From Azolla caroliniana (Eukaryota > Plantae > Polypodiophyta): DNA of 23,156 nucleotides. The notes under the pieces were generated by a model. The model saw nothing but the letters and a program-made list of their open reading frames with translations, was not told the DNA's origin and did no database searches. The position numbers were made by a program, and so were the translations under genes. Of this stretch, positions 8,256-20,689 are shown in pieces (position 1 is the stretch's first letter; each line of letters opens with the position of its first letter). The stretch spans positions 1 to 23,156 of the forward strand of contig JBHGNT010000487.1 of NCBI GenBank assembly GCA_043228905.1. The letters run 5' to 3'.

Positions 8256-9121
8256 TGCGATTGTCCTTATGATCCCGGTGCTTGTCTCCTAATGGATTGT
8301 ATTGACATTGCTCCCTCCACCTTTAATATATACACATGGCCATGCAATCAGAGCACATGCATGTCACTCACCACTCCCATTACCATAACGTGTGTGTCCC
8401 TGCGTACAACTCTTGCCCAAGACCCATACCAACTAGTCCACCCTCCCACACGTCTAGGCTAGTCCTAGGTGTCGTATTGTCACCAGACAATCTGGGCGCA
8501 ACCTGTGGCGGGTAATCCTCCTCCTCCTCGCGCGAGAGCTTGTCGAGCAACATAACATTTATACATACGTAGGTAGATGTGCGCACTCGCGCGTGCGCGT
8601 AGGGGTGTGCGGGCACGTGCACATTAAACTAGCACGCGCTAGTGCCGAGACACTAAGCACGCGGAGGCTACTGCGGGACGAGTGGTGGCTCCCGAGTGTG
8701 CTACATCGATGAACGTAGATAGACCGGTGTCCGTACTCGCTCGTTCGGACGAGGGGTTGGTAACGACGACGACAAGGAAAGCTAACCGGACTACCACACT
8801 AGGAGTGTCCTATCGGGCAAGTGTGGAAGCAAGTTCACATTCGCCGCGTGTACAAGTTGACCTTAGCCGTTGCCGTGGCGTGTGCGGTATGGGTGGGTGT
8901 TCCGCTTTGATGTTTTTTTTCCGTTTGGGTGGTTTGCGGTCCCTATAGGCAAATTCTATACGTTGGTGGTCGTGTCTACGTTCGTGTTGGAGGGACGTTG
9001 GTGCTCGTGTTTACGTTCGTGTGGGTGTAATGCGCGATTGGGGAGACGCACTTGTTCGTAAACACTTACGAGAAATTAGAGAGAGACCACGAGAATAATT
9101 TGAACAAGGTTTATGTACTAT

Positions 9122-9907
9122 TTAGAAGCGACGAATACAAGCACGAGGGCGAAGATCGCACTGTTGGAGTAGGCGGGAGGCGGCGACGCCTAGAGCTCTT
9201 TCCTCGTCATCGGCCTTGAATTGGCGACGTTGTTGACGTTCGTCCTCTTGTCGTCGAGACATGCGGTGGCGGCGTTCGTCACCCTCTCGTCGCTCACGGC
9301 TGCTATCTCTCTCGCGCTCCTCGTCCTCTTCCTCCCAGCTACGGTGTTCCCTTGATTGTTGGCCATGGCGTCGGCCTTCATCATTGCGTCGTTCCTCCTC
9401 GTCAGCATACAAGGCATCACGTAGGCGATCGCATCGATCTTCGGCGGGGATTCGTTCGACGTTCCTGCAGCACCGTTCCGAGGGTCTTGAGTATCGAGTG
9501 TTTTCGATCCATGGGGAGCGACGTCCTTGTTCACCTTCCTCTCTTTCGGAGCGCTCTTGTAGCTCTCGGATCTGCTTGTCGATGAAATCACCGCACTCTC
9601 GCCTCAGTTCCTCGTCACGTGGCTCATCGCGACCACGGCTACGACGTTCCCTTTCCTCTTCGGAGTCTCTCTTGTTGTCTCTGTAGCGGCGCCCCTCCTC
9701 AAGGAACCCCTCACGACGTCGCTCGCGCCTCTCGTCATCGCACTCCCCCTCTCGGCGTCGGTCGCGCCTCTCCTCGTCAATGTCTCCCTCACGACGTCGA
9801 TCGCGTCGCTCCTCTTCACGGTCCCGCCCTACAGACCTAGCATTGGCCGCGGTACACGCGGCGAGCATGATCACGGCCATGAGGAATACGGAAGTAAGCT
9901 TTGCCAT
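9122..9907 (-). CDS. 2S albumin-like storage protein precursor, copy 6
   Basis: Identical 261-aa translation. Confidence 0.85.
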   Translation of the reverse strand: MAKLTSVFLMAVIMLAACTAANARSVGRDREEERRDRRREGDIDEERRDRRREGECDDERRERRREGFLEEGRRYRDNKRDSEEERERRSRGRDEPRDEELRRECGDFIDKQIRELQERSEREEGEQGRRSPWIENTRYSRPSERCCRNVERIPAEDRCDRLRDALYADEEERRNDEGRRHGQQSREHRSWEEEDEERERDSSRERREGDERRHRMSRRQEDERQQRRQFKADDEERALGVAASRLLQQCDLRPRACIRRF

Positions 9908-10773
9908 TGCGATTGTCCTTATGATCCCGGTGCTTGTCTCCTAATGGATTGTATTGACATTGCTCCCTCCACCTTTAATATATACACATGGCCATGCAAT
10001 CAGAGCACATGCATGTCACTCACCACTCCCATTACCATAACGTGTGTGTCCCTGCGTACAACTCTTGCCCAAGACCCATACCAACTAGTCCACCCTCCCA
10101 CACGTCTAGGCTAGTCCTAGGTGTCGTATTGTCACCAGACAATCTGGGCGCAACCTGTGGCGGGTACTCCTCCTCCTCCTCGCGCGAGAGCTTGTCGAGC
10201 AACATAACATTTATACATACGTAGGTAGATGTGCGCACTCGCGCGTGCGCGTAGGGGTGTGCGGGCACGTGCACATTAAACTAGCACGCGCTAGTGCCGA
10301 GACACTAAGCACGCGGAGGCTACTGCGGGACGAGTGGTGGCTCCCGAGTGTGCTACATCGATGAACGTAGATAGACCGGTGTCCGTACTCGCTCGTTCGG
10401 ACGAGGGGTTGGTAACGACGACGACAAGGAAAGCTAACCGGACTACCACACTAGGAGTGTCCTATCGGGCAAGTGTGGAAGCAAGTTCACATTCGCCGCG
10501 TGTACAAGTTGACCTTAGCCGTTGCCGTGGCGTGTGCGGTATGGGTGGGTGTTCCGCTTTGATGTTTTTTTTCCGTTTGGGTGGTTTGCGGTCCCTATAG
10601 GCAAATTCTATACGTTGGTGGTCGTGTCTACGTTCGTGTTGGAGGGACGTTGGTGCTCGTGTTTACGTTCGTGTGGGTGTAATGCGCGATTGGGGAGACG
10701 CACTTGTTCGTAAACACTTACGAGAAATTAGAGAGAGACCACGAGAATAATTTGAACAAGGTTTATGTACTAT

Positions 10774-11560
10774 TTAGAAGCGACGAATACAAGCACGAGG
10801 GCGAAGATCGCACTGTTGGAGTAGGCGGGAGGCGGCGACGCCTAGAGCTCTTTCCTCGTCATCGGCCTTGAAATTGGCGACGTTGTTGACGTTCGTCCTC
10901 TTGTCGTCGAGACATGCGGTGGCGGCGTTCGTCACCCTCTCGTCGCTCACGGCTGCTATCTCTCTCGCGCTCCTCGTCCTCTTCCTCCCAGCTACGGTGT
11001 TCCCTTGATTGTTGGCCATGGCGTCGGCCTTCATCATTGCGTCGTTCCTCCTCGTCAGCATACAAGGCATCACGTAGGCGATCGCATCGATCTTCGGCGG
11101 GGATTCGTTCGACGTTCCTGCAGCACCGTTCCGAGGGTCTTGAGTATCGAGTGTTTTCGATCCATGGGGAGCGACGTCCTTGTTCACCTTCCTCTCTTTC
11201 GGAGCGCTCTTGTAGCTCTCGGATCTGCTTGTCGATGAAATCACCGCACTCTCGCCTCAGTTCCTCGTCACGTGGCTCATCGCGACCACGGCTACGACGT
11301 TCCCTTTCCTCTTCGGAGTCTCTCTTGTTGTCTCTGTAGCGGCGCCCCTCCTCAAGGAACCCCTCACGACGTCGCTCGCGCCTCTCGTCATCGCACTCCC
11401 CCTCTCGGCGTCGGTCGCGCCTCTCCTCGTCAATGTCTCCCTCACGACGTCGATCGCGTCGCTCCTCTTCACGGTCCCGCCCTACAGACCTAGCATTGGC
11501 CGCGGTACACGCGGCGAGCATGATCACGGCCATGAGGAATACGGAAGTAAGCTTTGCCAT
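10774..11560 (-). pseudogene. Copy 7, frameshifted by a +1 insertion (or a sequencing error)
   Basis: ccttgaAattgg at 10871-10873 instead of ccttgaattgg. The ORF ends ...RRQFQGR* at 233 aa and loses the last two cysteines. Confidence 0.55.
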
Positions 11561-12426
11561 TGCGATTGTCCTTATGATCCCGGTGCTTGTCTCCTAATGG
11601 ATTGTATTGACATTGCTCCCTCCACCTTTAATATATACACATGGCCATGCAATCAGAGCACATGCATGTCACTCACCACTCCCATTACCATAACGTGTGT
11701 GTCCCTGCGTACAACTCTTGCCCAAGACCCATACCAACTAGTCCACCCTCCCACACGTCTAGGCTAGTCCTAGGTGTCGTATTGTCACCAGACAATCTGG
11801 GCGCAACCTGTGGCGGGTACTCCTCCTCCTCCTCGCGCGAGAGCTTGTCGAGCAACATAACATTTATACATACGTAGGTAGATGTGCGCACTCGCGCGTG
11901 CGCGTAGGGGTGTGCGGGCACGTGCACATTAAACTAGCACGCGCTAGTGCCGAGACACTAAGCACGCGGAGGCTACTGCGGGACGAGTGGTGGCTCCCGA
12001 GTGTGCTACATCGATGAACGTAGATAGACCGGTGTCCGTACTCGCTCGTTCGGACGAGGGGTTGGTAACGACGACGACAAGGAAAGCTAACCGGACTACC
12101 ACACTAGGAGTGTCCTATCGGGCAAGTGTGGAAGCAAGTTCACATTCGCCGCGTGTACAAGTTGACCTTAGCCGTTGCCGTGGCGTGTGCGGTATGGGTG
12201 GGTGTTCCGCTTTGATGTTTTTTTTCCGTTTGGGTGGTTTGCGGTCCCTATAGGCAAATTCTATACGTTGGTGGTCGTGTCTACGTTCGTGTTGGAGGGA
12301 CGTTGGTGCTCGTGTTTACGTTCGTGTGGGTGTAATGCGCGATTGGGGAGACGCACTTGTTCGTAAACACTTACGAGAAATTAGAGAGAGACCACGAGAA
12401 TAATTTGAACAAGGTTTATGTACTAT

Positions 12427-13211
12427 TTAGAAGCGACGAATACAAGCACGAGGGCGAAGATCGCACTGTTGGAGTAGGCGGGAGGCGGCGACGCCTAGAG
12501 CTCTTTCCTCGTCATCGGCCTTGAATTGGCGACGTTGTTGACGTTCGTCCTCTTGTCGTCGAGACATGCGGTGGCGGCGTTCGTCACCCTCTCGTCGCTC
12601 ACGGCTGCTATCTCTCTCGCGCTCCTCGTCCTCTTCCTCCCAGCTACGGTGTTCCCTTGATTGTTGGCCATGGCGTCGGCCTTCATCATTGCGTCGTTCC
12701 TCCTCGTCAGCATACAAGGCATCACGTAGGCGATCGCATCGATCTTCGGCGGGGATTCGTTCGACGTTCCTGCAGCACCGTTCCGAGGGTCTTGAGTATC
12801 GAGTGTTTTCGATCCATGGGGAGCGACGTCCTTGTTCACCTTCCTCTCTTTCGGAGCGCTCTTGTAGCTCTCGGATCTGCTTGTCGATGAAATCACCGCA
12901 CTCTCGCCTCAGTTCCTCGTCACGTGGCTCATCGCGACCACGGCTACGACGTTCCCTTTCCTCTTCGGAGTCTCTCTTGTTGTCTCTGTAGCGGCGCCCC
13001 TCCTCAAGGAACCCCTCACGACGTCGCTCGCGCCTCTCGTCATCGCACTCCCCCTCTCGGCGTCGGTCGCGCCTCTCCTCGTCAATGTCTCCCTCACGAC
13101 GTCGATCGCGTCGCTCCTCTTACGGTCCCGCCCTACAGACCTAGCATTGGCCGCGGTACACGCGGCGAGCATGATCACGGCCATGAGGAATACGGAAGTA
13201 AGCTTTGCCAT
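12427..13211 (-). pseudogene. Copy 8, frameshifted by a -1 deletion (or a sequencing error)
   Basis: ctcctctt-acggtccc at 13121/13122 lacks the C present in other copies. The frame shifts after residue ~30 and gives a 100-aa aberrant product. Confidence 0.55.
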
Positions 13212-14077
13212 TGCGATTGTCCTTATGATCCCGGTGCTTGTCTCCTAATGGATTGTATTGACATTGCTCCCTCCACCTTTAATATATACACATGGCCATG
13301 CAATCAGAGCACATGCATGTCACTCACCACTCCCATTACCATAACGTGTGTGTCCCTGCGTACAACTCTTGCCCAAGACCCATACCAACTAGTCCACCCT
13401 CCCACACGTCTAGGCTAGTCCTAGGTGTCGTATTGTCACCAGACAATCTGGGCGCAACCTGTGGCGGGTACTCCTCCTCCTCCTCGCGCGAGAGCTTGTC
13501 GAGCAACATAACATTTATACATACGTAGGTAGATGTGCGCACTCGCGCGTGCGCGTAGGGGTGTGCGGGCACGTGCACATTAAACTAGCACGCGCTAGTG
13601 CCGAGACACTAAGCACGCGGAGGCTACTGCGGGACGAGTGGTGGCTCCCGAGTGTGCTACATCGATGAACGTAGATAGACCGGTGTCCGTACTCGCTCGT
13701 TCGGACGAGGGGTTGGTAACGACGACGACAAGGAAAGCTAACCGGACTACCACACTAGGAGTGTCCTATCGGGCAAGTGTGGAAGCAAGTTCACATTCGC
13801 CGCGTGTACAAGTTGACCTTAGCCGTTGCCGTGGCGTGTGCGGTATGGGTGGGTGTTCCGCTTTGATGTTTTTTTTCCGTTTGGGTGGTTTGCGGTCCCT
13901 ATAGGCAAATTCTATACGTTGGTGGTCGTGTCTACGTTCGTGTTGGAGGGACGTTGGTGCTCGTGTTTACGTTCGTGTGGGTGTAATGCGCGATTGGGGA
14001 GACGCACTTGTTCGTAAACACTTACGAGAAATTAGAGAGAGACCACGAGAATAATTTGAACAAGGTTTATGTACTAT

Positions 14078-14863
14078 TTAGAAGCGACGAATACAAGCAC
14101 GAGGGCGAAGATCGCACTGTTGGAGTAGGCGGGAGGCGGCGACGCCTAGAGCTCTTTCCTCGTCATCGGCCTTGAATTGGCGACGTTGTTGACGTTCGTC
14201 CTCTTGTCGTCGAGACATGCGGTGGCGGCGTTCGTCACCCTCTCGTCGCTCACGGCTGCTATCTCTCTCGCGCTCCTCGTCCTCTTCCTCCCAGCTACGG
14301 TGTTCCCTTGATTGTTGGCCATGGCGTCGGCCTTCATCATTGCGTCGTTCCTCCTCGTCAGCATACAAGGCATCACGTAGGCGATCGCATCGATCTTCGG
14401 CGGGGATTCGTTCGACGTTCCTGCAGCACCGTTCCGAGGGTCTTGAGTATCGAGTGTTTTCGATCCATGGGGAGCGACGTCCTTGTTCACCTTCCTCTCT
14501 TTCGGAGCGCTCTTGTAGCTCTCGGATCTGCTTGTCGATGAAATCACCGCACTCTCGCCTCAGTTCCTCGTCACGTGGCTCATCGCGACCACGGCTACGA
14601 CGTTCCCTTTCCTCTTCGGAGTCTCTCTTGTTGTCTCTGTAGCGGCGCCCCTCCTCAAGGAACCCCTCACGACGTCGCTCGCGCCTCTCGTCATCGCACT
14701 CCCCCTCTCGGCGTCGGTCGCGCCTCTCCTCGTCAATGTCTCCCTCACGACGTCGATCGCGTCGCTCCTCTTCACGGTCCCGCCCTACAGACCTAGCATT
14801 GGCCGCGGTACACGCGGCGAGCATGATCACGGCCATGAGGAATACGGAAGTAAGCTTTGCCAT
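14078..14863 (-). CDS. 2S albumin-like storage protein precursor, copy 9
   Basis: Identical 261-aa translation. Confidence 0.85.
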   Translation of the reverse strand: MAKLTSVFLMAVIMLAACTAANARSVGRDREEERRDRRREGDIDEERRDRRREGECDDERRERRREGFLEEGRRYRDNKRDSEEERERRSRGRDEPRDEELRRECGDFIDKQIRELQERSEREEGEQGRRSPWIENTRYSRPSERCCRNVERIPAEDRCDRLRDALYADEEERRNDEGRRHGQQSREHRSWEEEDEERERDSSRERREGDERRHRMSRRQEDERQQRRQFKADDEERALGVAASRLLQQCDLRPRACIRRF

Positions 14864-15730
14864 TGCGATTGTCCTTATGATCCCGGTGCTTGTCTCCTAA
14901 TGGATTGTATTGACATTGCTCCCTCCACCTTTAATATATACACATGGCCATGCAATCAGAGCACATGCATGTCACTCACCACTCCCATTACCATAACGTG
15001 TGTGTCCCTGCGTACAACTCTTGCCCAAGACCCATACCAACTAGTCCACCCTCCCACACGTCTAGGCTAGTCCTAGGTGTCGTATTGTCACCAGACAATC
15101 TGGGCGCAACCTGTGGCGGGTACTCCTCCTCCTCCTCGCGCGAGAGCTTGTCGAGCAACATAACATTTATACATACGTAGGTAGATGTGCGCACTCGCGC
15201 GTGCGCGTAGGGGTGTGCGGGCACGTGCACATTAAACTAGCACGCGCTAGTGCCGAGACACTAAGCACGCGGAGGCTACTGCGGGACGAGTGGTGGCTCC
15301 CGGAGTGTGCTACATCGATGAACGTAGATAGACCGGTGTCCGTACTCGCTCGTTCGGACGAGGGGTTGGTAACGACGACGACAAGGAAAGCTAACCGGAC
15401 TACCACACTAGGAGTGTCCTATCGGGCAAGTGTGGAAGCAAGTTCACATTCGCCGCGTGTACAAGTTGACCTTAGCCGTTGCCGTGGCGTGTGCGGTATG
15501 GGTGGGTGTTCCGCTTTGATGTTTTTTTTCCGTTTGGGTGGTTTGCGGTCCCTATAGGCAAATTCTATACGTTGGTGGTCGTGTCTACGTTCGTGTTGGA
15601 GGGACGTTGGTGCTCGTGTTTACGTTCGTGTGGGTGTAATGCGCGATTGGGGAGACGCACTTGTTCGTAAACACTTACGAGAAATTAGAGAGAGACCACG
15701 AGAATAATTTGAACAAGGTTTATGTACTAT

Positions 15731-16516
15731 TTAGAAGCGACGAATACAAGCACGAGGGCGAAGATCGCACTGCTGGAGTAGGCGGGAGGCGGCGACGCCT
15801 AGAGCTCTTTCCTCGTCATCGGCCTTGAATTGGCGACGTTGTTGACGTTCGTCCTCTTGTCGTCGAGACATGCGGTGGCGGCGTTCGTCACCCTCTCGTC
15901 GCTCACGGCTGCTATCTCTCTCGCGCTCCTCGTCCTCTTCCTCCCAGCTACGGTGTTCCCTTGATTGTTGGCCATGGCGTCGGCCTTCATCATTGCGTCG
16001 TTCCTCCTCGTCAGCATACAAGGCATCACGTAGGCGATCGCATCGATCTTCGGCGGGGATTCGTTCGACGTTCCTGCAGCACCGTTCCGAGGGTCTTGAG
16101 TATCGAGTGTTTTCGATCCATGGGGAGCGACGTCCTTGTTCACCTTCCTCTCTTTCGGAGCGCTCTTGTAGCTCTCGGATCTGCTTGTCGATGAAATCAC
16201 CGCACTCTCGCCTCAGTTCCTCGTCACGTGGCTCATCGCGACCACGGCTACGACGTTCCCTTTCCTCTTCGGAGTCTCTCTTGTTGTCTCTGTAGCGGCG
16301 CCCCTCCTCAAGGAACCCCTCACGACGTCGCTCGCGCCTCTCGTCATCGCACTCCCCCTCTCGGCGTCGGTCGCGCCTCTCCTCGTCAATGTCTCCCTCA
16401 CGACGTCGATCGCGTCGCTCCTCTTCACGGTCCCGCCCTACAGACCTAGCATTGGCCGCGGTACACGCGGCGAGCATGATCACGGCCATGAGGAATACGG
16501 AAGTAAGCTTTGCCAT
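15731..16516 (-). CDS. 2S albumin-like storage protein precursor, copy 10
   Basis: Identical 261-aa translation, with a synonymous CAA>CAG (Gln248) change at 15773. Confidence 0.85.
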   Translation of the reverse strand: MAKLTSVFLMAVIMLAACTAANARSVGRDREEERRDRRREGDIDEERRDRRREGECDDERRERRREGFLEEGRRYRDNKRDSEEERERRSRGRDEPRDEELRRECGDFIDKQIRELQERSEREEGEQGRRSPWIENTRYSRPSERCCRNVERIPAEDRCDRLRDALYADEEERRNDEGRRHGQQSREHRSWEEEDEERERDSSRERREGDERRHRMSRRQEDERQQRRQFKADDEERALGVAASRLLQQCDLRPRACIRRF

Positions 16517-17383
16517 TGCGATTGTCCTTATGATCCCGGTGCTTGTCTCCTAATGGATTGTATTGACATTGCTCCCTCCACCTTTAATATATACACATGG
16601 CCATGCAATCAGAGCACATGCATGTCACTCACCACTCCCATTACCATAACGTGTGTGTCCCTGCGTACAACTCTTGCCCAAGACCCATACCAACTAGTCC
16701 ACCCTCCCACACGTCTAGGCTAGTCCTAGGTGTCGTATTGTCACCAGACAATCTGGGCGCAACCTGTGGCGGGTACTCCTCCTCCTCCTCGCGCGAGAGC
16801 TTGTCGAGCAACATAACATTTATACATACGTAGGTAGATGTGCGCACTCGCGCGTGCGCGTAGGGGTGTGCGGGCACGTGCACATTAAACTAGCACGCGC
16901 TAGTGCCGAGACACTAAGCACGCGGAGGCTACTGCGGGACGAGTGGTGGCTCCCGGAGTGTGCTACATCGATGAACGTAGATAGACCGGTGTCCGTACTC
17001 GCTCGTTCGGACGAGGGGTTGGTAACGACGACGACAAGGAAAGCTAACCGGACTACCACACTAGGAGTGTCCTATCGGGCAAGTGTGGAAGCAAGTTCAC
17101 ATTCGCCGCGTGTACAAGTTGACCTTAGCCGTTGCCGTGGCGTGTGCGGTATGGGTGGGTGTTCCGCTTTGATGTTTTTTTTCCGTTTGGGTGGTTTGCG
17201 GTCCCTATAGGCAAATTCTATACGTTGGTGGTCGTGTCTACGTTCGTGTTGGAGGGACGTTGGTGCTCGTGTTTACGTTCGTGTGGGTGTAATGCGCGAT
17301 TGGGGAGACGCACTTGTTCGTAAACACTTACGAGAAATTAGAGAGAGACCACGAGAATAATTTGAACAAGGTTTATGTACTAT

Positions 17384-18169
17384 TTAGAAGCGACGAATAC
17401 AAGCACGAGGGCGAAGATCGCACTGCTGGAGTAGGCGGGAGGCGGCGACGCCTAGAGCTCTTTCCTCGTCATCGGCCTTGAATTGGCGACGTTGTTGACG
17501 TTCGTCCTCTTGTCGTCGAGACATGCGGTGGCGGCGTTCGTCACCCTCTCGTCGCTCACGGCTGCTATCTCTCTCGCGCTCCTCGTCCTCTTCCTCCCAG
17601 CTACGGTGTTCCCTTGATTGTTGGCCATGGCGTCGGCCTTCATCATTGCGTCGTTCCTCCTCGTCAGCATACAAGGCATCACGTAGGCGATCGCATCGAT
17701 CTTCGGCGGGGATTCGTTCGACGTTCCTGCAGCACCGTTCCGAGGGTCTTGAGTATCGAGTGTTTTCGATCCATGGGGAGCGACGTCCTTGTTCACCTTC
17801 CTCTCTTTCGGAGCGCTCTTGTAGCTCTCGGATCTGCTTGTCGATGAAATCACCGCACTCTCGCCTCAGTTCCTCGTCACGTGGCTCATCGCGACCACGG
17901 CTACGACGTTCCCTTTCCTCTTCGGAGTCTCTCTTGTTGTCTCTGTAGCGGCGCCCCTCCTCAAGGAACCCCTCACGACGTCGCTCGCGCCTCTCGTCAT
18001 CGCACTCCCCCTCTCGGCGTCGGTCGCGCCTCTCCTCGTCAATGTCTCCCTCACGACGTCGATCGCGTCGCTCCTCTTCACGGTCCCGCCCTACAGACCT
18101 AGCATTGGCCGCGGTACACGCGGCGAGCATGATCACGGCCATGAGGAATACGGAAGTAAGCTTTGCCAT
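17384..18169 (-). CDS. 2S albumin-like storage protein precursor, copy 11
   Basis: Identical 261-aa translation, with the same synonymous change at 17426. Confidence 0.85.
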   Translation of the reverse strand: MAKLTSVFLMAVIMLAACTAANARSVGRDREEERRDRRREGDIDEERRDRRREGECDDERRERRREGFLEEGRRYRDNKRDSEEERERRSRGRDEPRDEELRRECGDFIDKQIRELQERSEREEGEQGRRSPWIENTRYSRPSERCCRNVERIPAEDRCDRLRDALYADEEERRNDEGRRHGQQSREHRSWEEEDEERERDSSRERREGDERRHRMSRRQEDERQQRRQFKADDEERALGVAASRLLQQCDLRPRACIRRF

Positions 18170-19036
18170 TGCGATTGTCCTTATGATCCCGGTGCTTGTC
18201 TCCTAATGGATTGTATTGACATTGCTCCCTCCACCTTTAATATATACACATGGCCATGCAATCAGAGCACATGCATGTCACTCACCACTCCCATTACCAT
18301 AACGTGTGTGTCCCTGCGTACAACTCTTGCCCAAGACCCATACCAACTAGTCCACCCTCCCACACGTCTAGGCTAGTCCTAGGTGTCGTATTGTCACCAG
18401 ACAATCTGGGCGCAACCTGTGGCGGGTACTCCTCCTCCTCCTCGCGCGAGAGCTTGTCGAGCAACATAACATTTATACATACGTAGGTAGATGTGCGCAC
18501 TCGCGCGTGCGCGTAGGGGTGTGCGGGCACGTGCACATTAAACTAGCACGCGCTAGTGCCGAGACACTAAGCACGCGGAGGCTACTGCGGGACGAGTGGT
18601 GGCTCCCGGAGTGTGCTACATCGATGAACGTAGATAGACCGGTGTCCGTACTCGCTCGTTCGGACGAGGGGTTGGTAACGACGACGACAAGGAAAGCTAA
18701 CCGGACTACCACACTAGGAGTGTCCTATCGGGCAAGTGTGGAAGCAAGTTCACATTCGCCGCGTGTACAAGTTGACCTTAGCCGTTGCCGTGGCGTGTGC
18801 GGTATGGGTGGGTGTTCCGCTTTGATGTTTTTTTTCCGTTTGGGTGGTTTGCGGTCCCTATAGGCAAATTCTATACGTTGGTGGTCGTGTCTACGTTCGT
18901 GTTGGAGGGACGTTGGTGCTCGTGTTTACGTTCGTGTGGGTGTAATGCGCGATTGGGGAGACGCACTTGTTCGTAAACACTTACGAGAAATTAGAGAGAG
19001 ACCACGAGAATAATTTGAACAAGGTTTATGTACTAT

Positions 19037-19822
19037 TTAGAAGCGACGAATACAAGCACGAGGGCGAAGATCGCACTGTTGGAGTAGGCGGGAGGCGGCG
19101 ACGCCTAGAGCTCTTTCCTCGTCATCGGCCTTGAATTGGCGACGTTGTTGACGTTCGTCCTCTTGTCGTCGAGACATGCGGTGGCGGCGTTCGTCACCCT
19201 CTCGTCGCTCACGGCTGCTATCTCTCTCGCGCTCCTCGTCCTCTTCCTCCCAGCTACGGTGTTCCCTTGATTGTTGGCCATGGCGTCGGCCTTCATCATT
19301 GCGTCGTTCCTCCTCGTCAGCATACAAGGCATCACGTAGGCGATCGCATCGATCTTCGGCGGGGATTCGTTCGACGTTCCTGCAGCACCGTTCCGAGGGT
19401 CTTGAGTATCGAGTGTTTTCGATCCATGGGGAGCGACGTCCTTGTTCACCTTCCTCTCTTTCGGAGCGCTCTTGTAGCTCTCGGATCTGCTTGTCGATGA
19501 AATCACCGCACTCTCGCCTCAGTTCCTCGTCACGTGGCTCATCGCGACCACGGCTACGACGTTCCCTTTCCTCTTCGGAGTCTCTCTTGTTGTCTCTGTA
19601 GCGGCGCCCCTCCTCAAGGAACCCCTCACGACGTCGCTCGCGCCTCTCGTCATCGCACTCCCCCTCTCGGCGTCGGTCGCGCCTCTCCTCGTCAATGTCT
19701 CCCTCACGACGTCGATCGCGTCGCTCCTCTTCACGGTCCCGCCCTACAGACCTAGCATTGGCCGCGGTACACGCGGCGAGCATGATCACGGCCATGAGGA
19801 ATACGGAAGTAAGCTTTGCCAT
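19037..19822 (-). CDS. 2S albumin-like storage protein precursor, copy 12
   Basis: Identical 261-aa translation. Confidence 0.85.
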   Translation of the reverse strand: MAKLTSVFLMAVIMLAACTAANARSVGRDREEERRDRRREGDIDEERRDRRREGECDDERRERRREGFLEEGRRYRDNKRDSEEERERRSRGRDEPRDEELRRECGDFIDKQIRELQERSEREEGEQGRRSPWIENTRYSRPSERCCRNVERIPAEDRCDRLRDALYADEEERRNDEGRRHGQQSREHRSWEEEDEERERDSSRERREGDERRHRMSRRQEDERQQRRQFKADDEERALGVAASRLLQQCDLRPRACIRRF

Positions 19823-20689
19823 TGCGATTGTCCTTATGATCCCGGTGCTTGTCTCCTAATGGATTGTATTGACATTGCTCCCTCCACCTTTAATATATAC
19901 ACATGGCCATGCAATCAGAGCACATGCATGTCACTCACCACTCCCATTACCATAACGTGTGTGTCCCTGCGTACAACTCTTGCCCAAGACCCATACCAAC
20001 TAGTCCACCCTCCCACACGTCTAGGCTAGTCCTAGGTGTCGTATTGTCACCAGACAATCTGGGCGCAACCTGTGGCGGGTACTCCTCCTCCTCCTCGCGC
20101 GAGAGCTTGTCGAGCAACATAACATTTATACATACGTAGGTAGATGTGCGCACTCGCGCGTGCGCGTAGGGGTGTGCGGGCACGTGCACATTAAACTAGC
20201 ACGCGCTAGTGCCGAGACACTAAGCACGCGGAGGCTACTGCGGGACGAGTGGTGGCTCCCGGAGTGTGCTACATCGATGAACGTAGATAGACCGGTGTCC
20301 GTACTCGCTCGTTCGGACGAGGGGTTGGTAACGACGACGACAAGGAAAGCTAACCGGACTACCACACTAGGAGTGTCCTATCGGGCAAGTGTGGAAGCAA
20401 GTTCACATTCGCCGCGTGTACAAGTTGACCTTAGCCGTTGCCGTGGCGTGTGCGGTATGGGTGGGTGTTCCGCTTTGATGTTTTTTTTCCGTTTGGGTGG
20501 TTTGCGGTCCCTATAGGCAAATTCTATACGTTGGTGGTCGTGTCTACGTTCGTGTTGGAGGGACGTTGGTGCTCGTGTTTACGTTCGTGTGGGTGTAATG
20601 CGCGATTGGGGAGACGCACTTGTTCGTAAACACTTACGAGAAATTAGAGAGAGACCACGAGAATAATTTGAACAAGGTTTATGTACTAT

